Shown: positions 18,637-28,400 of the stretch, piece after piece
Layout: each line of letters opens with the position of its first letter
How positions within the stretch are numbered: position 1 is the stretch's first letter
DNA from: Candidatus Doudnabacteria bacterium
Lineage (GTDB): Bacteria > Patescibacteriota > Doudnabacteria > UBA920 > 2-01-FULL-46-14
Length of the DNA: 46,454 nt
Assembly (NCBI GenBank): GCA_023246055.1
Contig: JAHFJD010000002.1
Span: 1-46,454 of the forward strand
Reading direction: 5' to 3'
Translations under genes and position numbers: made by a program
Notes under the pieces: model-generated
The model's input: only the letters and a program-made list of their open reading frames with translations
The model's database searches: none
What the model was told of the DNA's origin: nothing

Positions 18637-19542
18637 TTATTTTGTCTTCTGTTTCAAATAATCACCCAGGGTCTTGATGCCTTCCATAAATTCTATGGGC
18701 AAGGCAAAAATCACGGTTTTGGATGGATCGGGATTGATTTTTTCAATGGTTTGCAAGGTTCTCATAGACAGTCCGCCGGGAACGTTCGCCAATCTCTCGG
18801 CAGCCTGCGACAATTTCTCGGCTGCAGTAAATTCTCCTTCGGCCCGGATGATGATCGCGCGGCGTTCCCGTTCAGACTCGGCCTGCTTGGCCATGATCCG
18901 TTTCATGTCTGCCGGCAGCTCGATGTCCTGAATCTTGATGTCTGTAACGTTAATGCCCCAAGCCATAGTCGCCTCATCCACGATCTTTTTTATTTCTTCG
19001 GAAATTTGGACCCGTTCGGAAAGCAGGGCGTCGAGTTCCACTCCGCCGATCACATCGCGCAGCGCGGCTTGAGCGTACTGCGAAACCGCCAAGGTAAAAT
19101 CTTTGATGTTAAGAATAGCCTTTTCCGCTGATTCCACTTGAAAATACACCACGGCATTGATGCCCACCGGCACATTGTCACGCGTGATAACCTCTTGCTG
19201 GGGAATATCCACTGTCGTGATACGCAGGTCAACTTTCTGCATAGTCTGAATACCAATGAAGATCCAGGTGAGACCCGGCTGTCTCGTGCTTGTGTATTTA
19301 CCGAGGGTGAGCATCACACCCCGGTCATATTGATCCACAACTCGCAGTCCCCCCAGGCCAAAGATCAACACGAGTAACACGAGGAGCCAAAAGAAAATCG
19401 AAAATCCAGAAAAGACGCCAGAATTCGCCAGAGCCACAGCCCCAACCACTAAAAACAACATTGTGCCCACAAGCGACCCAATCGGGTTTGGCGAACGATT
19501 AGACCTGTTTTTGATGTTGAAATTGAAATCTTCGAGGTTCAT
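18637..19542 (-). CDS. SPFH/stomatin (slipin) family protein
   Basis: VDLRI..DIPQQEVITRDNV, AKQAESERERRA. Confidence 0.95.
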   Translation of the reverse strand: MNLEDFNFNIKNRSNRSPNPIGSLVGTMLFLVVGAVALANSGVFSGFSIFFWLLVLLVLIFGLGGLRVVDQYDRGVMLTLGKYTSTRQPGLTWIFIGIQTMQKVDLRITTVDIPQQEVITRDNVPVGINAVVYFQVESAEKAILNIKDFTLAVSQYAQAALRDVIGGVELDALLSERVQISEEIKKIVDEATMAWGINVTDIKIQDIELPADMKRIMAKQAESERERRAIIIRAEGEFTAAEKLSQAAERLANVPGGLSMRTLQTIEKINPDPSKTVIFALPIEFMEGIKTLGDYLKQKTK

Positions 19543-19666
19543 AATGGGATTATAGCAGATAGCGATTAAACCATCCAGCCCTTATCTTTAATCTATACGT
19601 TTTATCATGTTAGCACGCTAATACAATTGCTTATAAAATATCGATATTATTGTCCTTTTTCTTCAA

Positions 19667-19716
19667 TGCCGCGGGAGGGAGTCGAACCCTCATGATCTTG
19701 CGACCGCGGGATTTTG
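19667..19716 (-). pseudogene. 3' half of a tRNA-Leu
   Basis: CAAAATCCCG, long variable arm, GAGGGTTCGACTCCCTC, CCGCGGCA. Confidence 0.85.
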
Positions 19717-19755
19717 CCGCGCCCGACCTCGCCTGGACAGATGTCAGAATGTAAA

Positions 19756-19839
19756 TGCCGATGGTGGGAGTCGAACCCACACGGTATTGCTACCACTGGA
19801 TTTTGAGTCCAGCGCGTCTGCCAGTTCCGCCACATCGGC
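19756..19839 (-). tRNA. tRNA-Leu(CAA)
   Basis: GCCGATG/CATCGGC acceptor, CTGGA-CTCAAAA-TCCAG anticodon arm, long variable arm. Confidence 0.96.
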
Positions 19840-19840
19840 T

Positions 19841-20083
19841 TTAATCCAATTTTAAACTATCGAGATACTTTCTGCCAACCCCACTTTTCAAAAATTTTTC
19901 TCTATCTCTCGCCTCTACGTAATCTTTATAAGACTCCCTCAAAATCAATGCAAACGGCGCATAACGTTTTGTGCTTAAATTTCTGCCGGAATTATGACGT
20001 CGCAATCGATCTTCAATCTTATTTGTTATGCCAACGTACCGGTACTTATGATTTATACTTTTTATTACATACAAGCTAATCAT
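19841..20083 (-). CDS. Small GIY-YIG nuclease family protein
   Basis: LYVIKS..RYVGIT..RLRRHNSG..STK..P..REKFLKSGVGR. Confidence 0.93.
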   Translation of the reverse strand: MISLYVIKSINHKYRYVGITNKIEDRLRRHNSGRNLSTKRYAPFALILRESYKDYVEARDREKFLKSGVGRKYLDSLKLD

Positions 20084-20149
20084 GTGCGGTCGCCAGAGGC
20101 GACTAAATCTGCCAGCTTGCCCGCCTCTGGCGGGTTCCGCCACCGCGGC
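20084..20149 (-). pseudogene. 5' half of a tRNA-Leu carrying two mini-hairpin insertions
   Basis: GCCGCGGTGGCGGAA[insert]CTGGCAGA[insert]CGCAC; acceptor pairs with the 3' half at 19667. Confidence 0.75.
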
Positions 20150-20167
20150 AAGCCAATGCATTATATT

Positions 20168-20683
20168 TTAATTTCTCACCGACTTCAAGATTCGCTGCAC
20201 AAGCCACGCGGAAACTAGGCCGATAAATGCCCCGCCGAGAATATCAGAGGGGTAGTGAATGCCGGCGTAAACCCGAACAAGCCCGAGAATCGTGGCCAAG
20301 ACAACAAGCATGACCCCCGCCTGCCTATTCCAAAAATAGACTCCAAACGCAACCGCGAAATAAAATGCCGCGTGTCCGGAAGGAAACGACGCTTCGCTAG
20401 CATTTTTTTCGATCAGTTGACGGACATCCTCCAAATGTTCATTCACAAAAGGTCGCGGCCGCTGGTACATAAAGCGGATGAGTTCAGTGAACAGTCCTCG
20501 AGACAACACAATTGCCAATAATAGCTTCCAGAAAAGCCGACGATTGATAAAAAAGAACAACGCAACAATCCCGGCAAACAAATATAATCCATAACTGTTT
20601 GCATAAAGCATCGCCTGATCTCTCAACCCGGACCGCCCAGCCAGGTGATTGAAAAGCAAAAATACTTGTTCATCGATATTCAT
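20168..20683 (-). CDS. PAP2 family (BcrC-like undecaprenyl-PP) phosphatase
   Basis: RPRPF, SFPSGH, RVYAGIHYPSD. Confidence 0.93.
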   Translation of the reverse strand: MNIDEQVFLLFNHLAGRSGLRDQAMLYANSYGLYLFAGIVALFFFINRRLFWKLLLAIVLSRGLFTELIRFMYQRPRPFVNEHLEDVRQLIEKNASEASFPSGHAAFYFAVAFGVYFWNRQAGVMLVVLATILGLVRVYAGIHYPSDILGGAFIGLVSAWLVQRILKSVRN

Positions 20684-21414
20684 ATTTCAGTAGTCTCCAA
20701 AACGACTGGTTTATGATCAGAGCCAAACCGCTGCCCATAGGTTCGGCTGAAAAATTTTGTCCAGCTGTTGGGAATCAGAATATGGTCAATCTGCGTTCCC
20801 CAAAATGGACAGGTCACTACTTGTTCCATGCTCAATTTCAATCCACGGACCTGACAGTGATTCTTGAGCATTTTCATTTCATTCGAAAAAAAATCATTCC
20901 ATGACGAGCGGTTGAGGATTCCAAGAAATGGATTGTACGGCCAATGGGCGAAAGAATTAAAATCGCCGCAAACGATATTTGCGTCAACACACAGATTCTG
21001 CATTACTTCATCAAGCAATAGCATACGCAGCGACGGCGCCAATTGGTATGGGAGATGGACATTGAAGACCCTTAGTCTATTCTTCTCGAAAAGATAATCG
21101 CTATATTGAAATTGGCTATCTGCATCCCTCCACCCGCTAAATTGGGAGAGCAAAGTATTTCGGATGGGACGGTTAAAATTCTTTGCAACATTCGCCCGGG
21201 ACTTTATACCAGCTGCAATAACAGAGTACACCTCACGTCCATAGTAATGCCGAGGAATCGCTGTCGAAGCATAAAAATTTTGCTGTAAATATTGGAGGGT
21301 ATCAGATCGGACCTCCTGCAAGCAAAGAATGTCGATATCTAAACTTTGCATAAATTTAACGCATGCTTGTTGATTCTTGTTTTTGAAATAAAGATTCCAG
21401 GTTGCAAATTTCAT
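20680..21414 (-). CDS. Endonuclease/exonuclease/phosphatase family protein
   Basis: ATWN, LCLQEV, GDFN, IDHI, SDHKP. Confidence 0.92.
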   Translation of the reverse strand: MKFATWNLYFKNKNQQACVKFMQSLDIDILCLQEVRSDTLQYLQQNFYASTAIPRHYYGREVYSVIAAGIKSRANVAKNFNRPIRNTLLSQFSGWRDADSQFQYSDYLFEKNRLRVFNVHLPYQLAPSLRMLLLDEVMQNLCVDANIVCGDFNSFAHWPYNPFLGILNRSSWNDFFSNEMKMLKNHCQVRGLKLSMEQVVTCPFWGTQIDHILIPNSWTKFFSRTYGQRFGSDHKPVVLETTEI

Positions 21415-21423
21415 CTAAAAAAC

Positions 21424-22752
21424 TCAGTCAACACCTGGCACGGAAAATTTACTGGCGAGTGCTATAACTTGAGATTTTACTTCTTTTATTGTGGGATGGT
21501 TTTCCAATGATGCCGCAAATTCCTTAACCGCACTAGCGCGTTTTTCTCTGTCAAGAGGCATTTCTGTAAGCGCGAATTCCTTGACAATTCTAGCGATTAG
21601 TTTTCCCGCTTTTTGCATCTCCTGCTCCTTCATTCCGCGCGAAGTGACCGCCGGCGTCCCCAGTCTAATGCCAGAAGGATAAAAAGGTGGCGAAGGATCA
21701 TTGGGAATCGGTTGTTTGTTGACGCTAATCTCTGCGGCCTCCAGGGCCTTTTCAATGAATATGCCACGGCCAGGACCGAAAGGACGCAAATCAATCATAA
21801 GCAAATGATTGTCACTGCCGCCGGAAATCAGCTTCAATCCTTCTTCCATCAGCGATTCTGCCAGAGCCTTGGTATTTTTTATAATCTGTTCTGTGTACTC
21901 TTTGAATTCCGGAGTCATTGATTCTTTTAGGGCCACGGCAATTCCGGCAATAGTATGTTCATGCGGGCCGCCTTGCATTCCTGGAAAAACTCCTTTGTCG
22001 ATTTGCTCCTTGTATTCCTTTTTGCAAAAAATCATTGCGCCTCGCGGTCCTCGCAATGTTTTATGGGTAGTGGTCATCACTACATCAGTAAAGGGAAACG
22101 GTGACGGATGAACACCGCCGATAATCAATCCAGAAATGTGAGACATGTCAACCATAGAAATGGCGCCGATAGATTTGGCGATCTCGTGCATACGTTTGAA
22201 GTCAATAATTCGTGGATAAGAGGTGAATCCGGAAACTATCAGCTTTGGTTTGTGCTCGAACGCCAGCTTTTCTATCGCATCATAATCCAGAGTTTCTGTT
22301 TTGGCATTTACTTCATAATGCACAAACTTGAAAGCTTTGGCCGACAAATTCGCCGGGTTGCCGTGAGTAAGATGCCCGCCATGATCCAATCGTAATGCCA
22401 TGATAGTGTCACCAAGGTTGAGCAGTCCGACATAAACCGCAAGATTCGCAGGGCTTCCCGAATAAGGCTGGACGTTTACATGATAGTTATCGCCCAAACC
22501 AAATGCTTCTTTGGCTCGCTTCTGACATAATCGCTCCACCAAATCCACATTCACACAGCCGCCATAATACCGCCTCCCAGGATAATTTTCCGCGTATTTA
22601 TTGTTTAGTATGCTTCCTGTCGCTTCCAAAACAGCGGCTGACGCATAGCTTTCCGAGGGAATCATTTCTAGGCCCTCTTTTTGCCTTCCAGCTTCTTTCT
22701 GGATCAGTTCGTAAACTTCCGGGTCTTCTTTTTTTAAGTGTTCGTAATTCAT
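21424..22752 (-). CDS. glyA: Serine hydroxymethyltransferase
   Basis: NKYAENYPGRRYYGG, GGHLTHG, TTTHKTLRGPRG. Confidence 0.98.
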   Translation of the reverse strand: MNYEHLKKEDPEVYELIQKEAGRQKEGLEMIPSESYASAAVLEATGSILNNKYAENYPGRRYYGGCVNVDLVERLCQKRAKEAFGLGDNYHVNVQPYSGSPANLAVYVGLLNLGDTIMALRLDHGGHLTHGNPANLSAKAFKFVHYEVNAKTETLDYDAIEKLAFEHKPKLIVSGFTSYPRIIDFKRMHEIAKSIGAISMVDMSHISGLIIGGVHPSPFPFTDVVMTTTHKTLRGPRGAMIFCKKEYKEQIDKGVFPGMQGGPHEHTIAGIAVALKESMTPEFKEYTEQIIKNTKALAESLMEEGLKLISGGSDNHLLMIDLRPFGPGRGIFIEKALEAAEISVNKQPIPNDPSPPFYPSGIRLGTPAVTSRGMKEQEMQKAGKLIARIVKEFALTEMPLDREKRASAVKEFAASLENHPTIKEVKSQVIALASKFSVPGVD

Positions 22753-22893
22753 GTTCGTTAGAAAATTAATAATATTGCCGTGAACCCCCACCCACCGGAA
22801 TACCGGTTCCCCCTCTCCCGATTACAGGCGAGGGTTGCAACGGTGTTTCACACAAATGGCAATATCTTGAGATCAATGGTGAGAATTTTTGTC

Positions 22894-24066
22894 TTAAGCA
22901 TGTTTGCGCAACAGTCCGTAAAACATAGTTAGGATTCCCACGAACGCGAAAACCAAAAAAATATTATTTGTATACGCGAGTATGGCGATGCTAGCGAGCG
23001 CTGTAACGATTTTGCCGATAGCCAGAGAAAACTCAAAGAACACACTATAAGCAAGCCCGCTCTCCCCGTCCACAGCCGCATTTTCATAGGTCAGCGAGTT
23101 CATCGGTACATTCAAAACGTTCTTTGCAGCCTTGGTCAAGATATCAAAACCAAGCACCAAAGCCACCCCGCTTGCCAAAAATCGCAACACCCAAGTCATG
23201 GCATAGAACACTGACGATTCCAGAATGATCCTATGACGGCCGCCTTGCCGATCAATGATCATTCCTACATACAACATTATCACAGTCCCAACTATGGTCG
23301 CAATGGTTGAAATCAAGCCCAAACTCTCAAAATCCCTGACCACAATATACATATAAATTGGCCAGAGGCTCATGAGCATCAGGTCCTCGGCAAAGCCCCA
23401 ATATCCAAAGAAATTACGGAAATATTTACGACATACCTGCCAGAGCCTTTTAAAAGTAAATTCTCGTTTCGCGTAAATATCAGGACTTGAAAACAAGGGA
23501 TAGCTCGAGAGCAAAACAAGCGCTCCCGCGGCGATAAATAAGCTTGAAAATCCAAAACGTTCAGAAATCACCCCGCCGAGAAGCGGGCCGCCGATAAACG
23601 CCACTTGAACGAGAGCGGTCAGAACCCCGATCTCCCGGCCTCGCTGGCTGCGTTTCGCGTTCACCGCAATGTCTGCATTGAAAGCCGGCCAAAACCACGA
23701 TTTTTGCAGCGCAAAGAAAATCGGGGTTACATAAAATAGCAAAGAGTTGGCTTTGATGAAATACAATCCAAACCAGTACATCACGAAAAAAATATTGGAA
23801 AGAAAAATTGCGTGCTTGTAGCCGTAGTGACTGGCAAATTTGGCGCCAAATACCACGAGGGCCGCATACCAGATATAGACCATGAGAAAAAATTCCATGA
23901 TTTTTGTAAAATCGTAACCGAGAGTATAGAGATAAACCGGTTCAAAAATAAAAACCATGGACAGCGCCAGGTTGGAAATAATGGTGAACCAGTAAACTTC
24001 AGTTACTTCGCGGTTCGGATGCGTTGTAAAATAATGCGGAAGATGATTTTTAAAATTTGAGAGCAT
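22894..24066 (-). CDS. MFS transporter
   Basis: About 12 TM segments, RGREIG motif. Confidence 0.88.
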   Translation of the reverse strand: MLSNFKNHLPHYFTTHPNREVTEVYWFTIISNLALSMVFIFEPVYLYTLGYDFTKIMEFFLMVYIWYAALVVFGAKFASHYGYKHAIFLSNIFFVMYWFGLYFIKANSLLFYVTPIFFALQKSWFWPAFNADIAVNAKRSQRGREIGVLTALVQVAFIGGPLLGGVISERFGFSSLFIAAGALVLLSSYPLFSSPDIYAKREFTFKRLWQVCRKYFRNFFGYWGFAEDLMLMSLWPIYMYIVVRDFESLGLISTIATIVGTVIMLYVGMIIDRQGGRHRIILESSVFYAMTWVLRFLASGVALVLGFDILTKAAKNVLNVPMNSLTYENAAVDGESGLAYSVFFEFSLAIGKIVTALASIAILAYTNNIFLVFAFVGILTMFYGLLRKHA

Positions 24067-24715
24067 TGAGGATTTGGGTTTTTGTGATGGGCCCGCGGCG
24101 CAAAATTTTAATCTTATTTCCTTTTAATTGTACCATGGTTGATGACCGGACCCGCGGTAGTTTTCCACTGTCGAGACTCAAATCCGGCCGAAGTTTAGCG
24201 TTTCGGTATTGAAAATTGAGTTGTGAGACAGAATATGCGGTCGGATTGGTGGAGATGTTGGCGCTTGTGGCTGTAATTGGCCGTCCCAATTTTTTGACTA
24301 ATTGCAAAGCTATCTTGTTCTTTGGCACGCGAATCCCGACCGTGCCAGTTCCAGCCGAGAGAAGTGCAAAAGCGCTCCCTCTCCCCTTGCCCCCTCTCTT
24401 TCTCCCCCTCATGAGGGGGAGAAAGAGAGGGGGTCTGAGGGGTAGAATTAGTGTCAAGGTCCCCGGCAAAAACTCTTTAAATAATTTTTCTGCTGGCGCC
24501 GTAAACTCGGCATATTGTTTCGCCATTTTCAAGTCAGCAACTACGATATGAACGGGTTTATCCGGCCGTCGTTGCTTCATTTTGAAAAGCCGCCGCACTG
24601 CCCGCGCGTTCGTCGCGTCAACACCGAGGGCGTAAGCTGTATCAGTCGGAAAAACTACCGCCTTGCCAGCTTTAAGATATTTGATTGCATGATTTAAATT
24701 GGACAAGCGTGCCAC
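24050..24715 (-). CDS. tsaC: Threonylcarbamoyl-AMP synthase (Sua5/TsaC) with in-frame palindrome insert
   Basis: FPTDTAYALG, K.R..KP, GIRVP, TATSANIS. Confidence 0.95.
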   Translation of the reverse strand: MARLSNLNHAIKYLKAGKAVVFPTDTAYALGVDATNARAVRRLFKMKQRRPDKPVHIVVADLKMAKQYAEFTAPAEKLFKEFLPGTLTLILPLRPPLFLPLMRGRKRGGKGRGSAFALLSAGTGTVGIRVPKNKIALQLVKKLGRPITATSANISTNPTAYSVSQLNFQYRNAKLRPDLSLDSGKLPRVRSSTMVQLKGNKIKILRRGPITKTQILNALKF

Positions 24716-24724
24716 GATCGTGTG

Positions 24725-25450
24725 CTAGTTGTCTAATTCCAAATCTTGGGGTACGGATATCTTTTTCCAGTGAGTTGCTTTTACCACCGAAAAATTACGA
24801 CCGTCTTTTACCATCTGTAAAAAAGTTTGCGGCAGTCCATATTCATTCGCCGGACTTCCAGCCGAGACGAGAGGATATTGAAACAGATCCTTATTTAAAA
24901 CATACGCCGAGGTATTTATCAATGCGCCGCCGCCTGCCGACCCGCGTTCCACTATATCAGCGAGTTCCCTTGCCTCATTGACCTTTACTACACCTCCTTG
25001 CAAAATTGAATTATCCGCGCCGCCTGGAAGCGGCCAAACTAATATAGCCAGCGGCTGTTTGATTAACATTTCGAGATCACCTTTGTAGTAAATATCGTCC
25101 CCTGACAAAACTAAAAATCTGTCGTTAAGCAGGTCCCTGCACTGGAAAACGGCATCGGCAGTGCCTTTCAACTCTTTTTGCTTAATATAAGTTATTTTCA
25201 GCTCTCTCCTCTCCCCCTTGTGGGGAGGAACTGAGGAAGTATGGATTACGAAGCTATCCCCAATCAATTCTTTTATCATCTCCCCTTTGTATCCGATGAC
25301 CACGATTACCTCTTCCACTTCATCAGGAAGCTCGGAAAGGTTATGTTCCAGGATTGTTTTATCCCCGATTTTGAGGAGCGGTTTTGGAGTACTCTTGGTT
25401 AAAACTCCCATCCTCGTCCCCCGTCCGGCGGCCAAAATTACACATTGCAT
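24725..25450 (-). CDS. Sugar-phosphate nucleotidyltransferase family protein
   Basis: LAAGRGTRM..PKPLL, GTADA, LSGDD. Confidence 0.92.
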   Translation of the reverse strand: MQCVILAAGRGTRMGVLTKSTPKPLLKIGDKTILEHNLSELPDEVEEVIVVIGYKGEMIKELIGDSFVIHTSSVPPHKGERRELKITYIKQKELKGTADAVFQCRDLLNDRFLVLSGDDIYYKGDLEMLIKQPLAILVWPLPGGADNSILQGGVVKVNEARELADIVERGSAGGGALINTSAYVLNKDLFQYPLVSAGSPANEYGLPQTFLQMVKDGRNFSVVKATHWKKISVPQDLELDN

Positions 25451-25480
25451 AGTTCCGCGTTTGTCTGCGTCAAGTCCGCG

Positions 25481-28400
25481 TTAGTCCGCGTTTATGACGA
25501 AATTAATTATTCTCCCTGGCACATAGATGAATTTGCCAATTTTCTTGCCGGCAAGGTGTTTCGCAATCACAGGATCGCCTTCCGATGTCTTTCTTGCATC
25601 GGCTTCCGTAGCATTGATATCCAACTGCACCGTCCCGCGTACTCGCCCATTGACCTGCACCGCAATTTTTACAAACTCATCTTTCATAAAGGCAGGATCA
25701 TATTCTGGCCACGGTTCGAGGTGAACCGATGTTTTGTGTCCAAGCTCACTCCACAATTCTTCGGCAACATGCGGTGCAAACGGAGCGAGGAGCTTCAACA
25801 ATATTTCTGCCTCAACGTTACCGGCGGGTGAATTATCTAATTCATTTGCCAAAATCATCAGTGCTGACACAGCAGTGTTGAATCTATAATTTTCAATATC
25901 TTCTGTAACCTTCTTGATTGTCTTGTGCAGTATTGTTTGAAGTTTAGAATTTGGAATTTCTTTTGAAATTTGAAATTTGAAATTTGAAATTCGGTATACC
26001 TTCTCCAACAATCTCCGGACGCCGATTATCCCGCGTGAATTCCAGCTCACTGTTTGGTCGTGGGGTCCCAAAAATAGCTCATACATGCGCAAAGTGTCTG
26101 CTCCGTAAAGCTTAACTATTTCGTCAGGGTTTACTACATTACCCCGACTTTTGCTCATTTTCTCACCATCCTCAGCCAGGATGATCCCATGCGGCACGCG
26201 TTTGGTGTAAGGCTCGGCGACTGGCACGATTCCCTGATCATACAAAAATAAATTCCAAAATCGCGAATACAATAAATGCAGAGTCGTATGTTCCATGCCG
26301 CCGAAATAAATATCCACTGGCAGCCAATGTTTCAGAAGCTTCCCATCAGCCAATTTAATCTTATTATCAGGATCAGTGTACCGGAGATAATACCAAGAAC
26401 TGCCAGCCCACTGCGGCATAGTGTTGGTTTCTCGCTTGGCCTGCCCGCCACAGTTCGGGCATTTCACACTCACCCACTTGTCTATTGCAGCCAGCGGAGA
26501 CTCCCCGGTTCCTGTCGGCTCGTATTTTTTCACATTGGGAAGCTTTACCGGCAAATCTTTTTCTGGCACTGGCACTGTCCCGCATGACGGGCAATGAATA
26601 ATCGGTATGGGTTCGCCCCAGTATCTCTGCCGCGAAAACACCCAATCACGGAGTTTATATTGGATTTTTTTAATCCCGTTTACAAGTTCAATTATTTCCC
26701 ATTTCGCCTTTTCCGAATCCATGCCATTGAATTTAGAGGAATTTATCAATGCACCATCACCTGAATAACAAATTAAGCCTTTATAATGGGGGTTATGGGC
26801 AAGCATATCCCAAACACTTTTTTTACTTCTAATCAAGGGCTCCCACTCTGTAAACTTTTTAAACCATTCTTCAGCACGTTCTAAAAAGTTTTTATGAACT
26901 TTATTTTTCATTACTAAAATATTCTCATTCCCAATAATCTCAACCCAGGCGTTATCTTTGATATGCTTCTGCACCAAGTTCACGAATTCATTAATTTGAT
27001 CTTTTTTTAATTCTACCCTGATATGTTCGCGGCCATTTGTGGGACTGGCAGCCAACGTAAAATTTATTCCTTTATTCTGTAATTGCTTTTTAAATTCATC
27101 ACTACCCTCTAAAGTCACAGTAACAACAATTGCTTTCCAAATGTTTCGCGGAGCTATCACTGGCCTAATAAGTAAACCGTATTTAATAGCAAATTCAAAA
27201 TCCCGCTCGTCATGCGCTGGCACGGCCATGATCGCACCAGTGCCATAGCCCATCAAAACATAATCAGCAACCCAAATCGGTATTTTTTCGCGAGTAGCAG
27301 GATTGATCGCCTTTACACCTTTCAATTCCACACCAGTCTTTTCTTTCTCAAGCGCTGACCTCTGAATATCAGTTTTCCTCTTCGCTTCTTCGACGTATTT
27401 CTCAATCTCTTTGATATTTGTAATTTGAGATTTGAAATTTTGTAACAGCGGATGCTCCGGTGCCAGGACCACATACGTCGCACCAAATATCGTGTCAGGA
27501 CGGGTAGTGAACACTTTGATGGCTTGCCCCTCTCCCCAGGCCTGGGGAGAGGTTGGGAGAGAGGTCGCTCTCAACAACGTTTCCAGAACAGCCGGTTCCT
27601 CTTTCCCACTCATATGTGGCTCGCTACCATTAACTCTGTTCAAATTAACACCTAATTTACGGGCAAAAGCTTCTCCGTCGGACATTGGCACGACATAATC
27701 CCTCGAATCATAGAGCAATGTAAATCTCTGCGCATTGCGTTTGATTTTTTCAAAATCAAAGCCTTTTTTGCAAGCCGTGGTAACCGAAGCACGAACTTTT
27801 TCGTCTAAAAACTTTCCTGAAAACGGAGTACATAACAATACTACCCCTTTGGCTTTCATCCCTCTTTCCAACAAACGCAATGCTACCACGCCGCCAAATG
27901 AATGACCGACTATGACTGTATTCTCATTAATATTACAATTATTAATAACAAATTGTGCTTGTTCTTCATCGTTTGGTTCCGAAGAGTTCGGCAGACTGGG
28001 CATTTGGACTCTGTGACGCAATTTTTCCAATTCAAACTTTAACCATGGAAAAAGATGACTGCTTGGAGAGCCGTTCCGGCCATGCAAGATCAAAAAGTTA
28101 GGATTTGTCATCCCGGGCTTGACCCGGGATCCAGAATCCGAATCCTGGATTCCCGCCTGCGCGGGAATGACAGATAACAGGAACTCTATCTCCGCTCCCT
28201 CGCTCTTGCCAATCCAGTTTTCCTGCTGGAGTTTGACTTGTGACGGCCACTCGGGAAGTTTTTTTAGACCTTCGAGGAGCTTTTCAGCGTATGCGGTGAT
28301 TTGGAGATACCATTGCCGCAGTTCTTTTTTCTCTACTGGCGTGCCACAGCGTTCGCATTTACCGTCAATGACTTCTTCATTCGCAAGACCAGTTTTGTCC

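Noticed and set aside
22760..22860. ZTP or THF riboswitch upstream of glyA; parS site
   Set aside because: The hairpins match the C-rich mini-repeat family, and gtgtttcaca is only half of parS.
26772..28172. Inteins in LeuRS
   Set aside because: No C/S start or HN end splice motifs; the first insert has hydrolase motifs.
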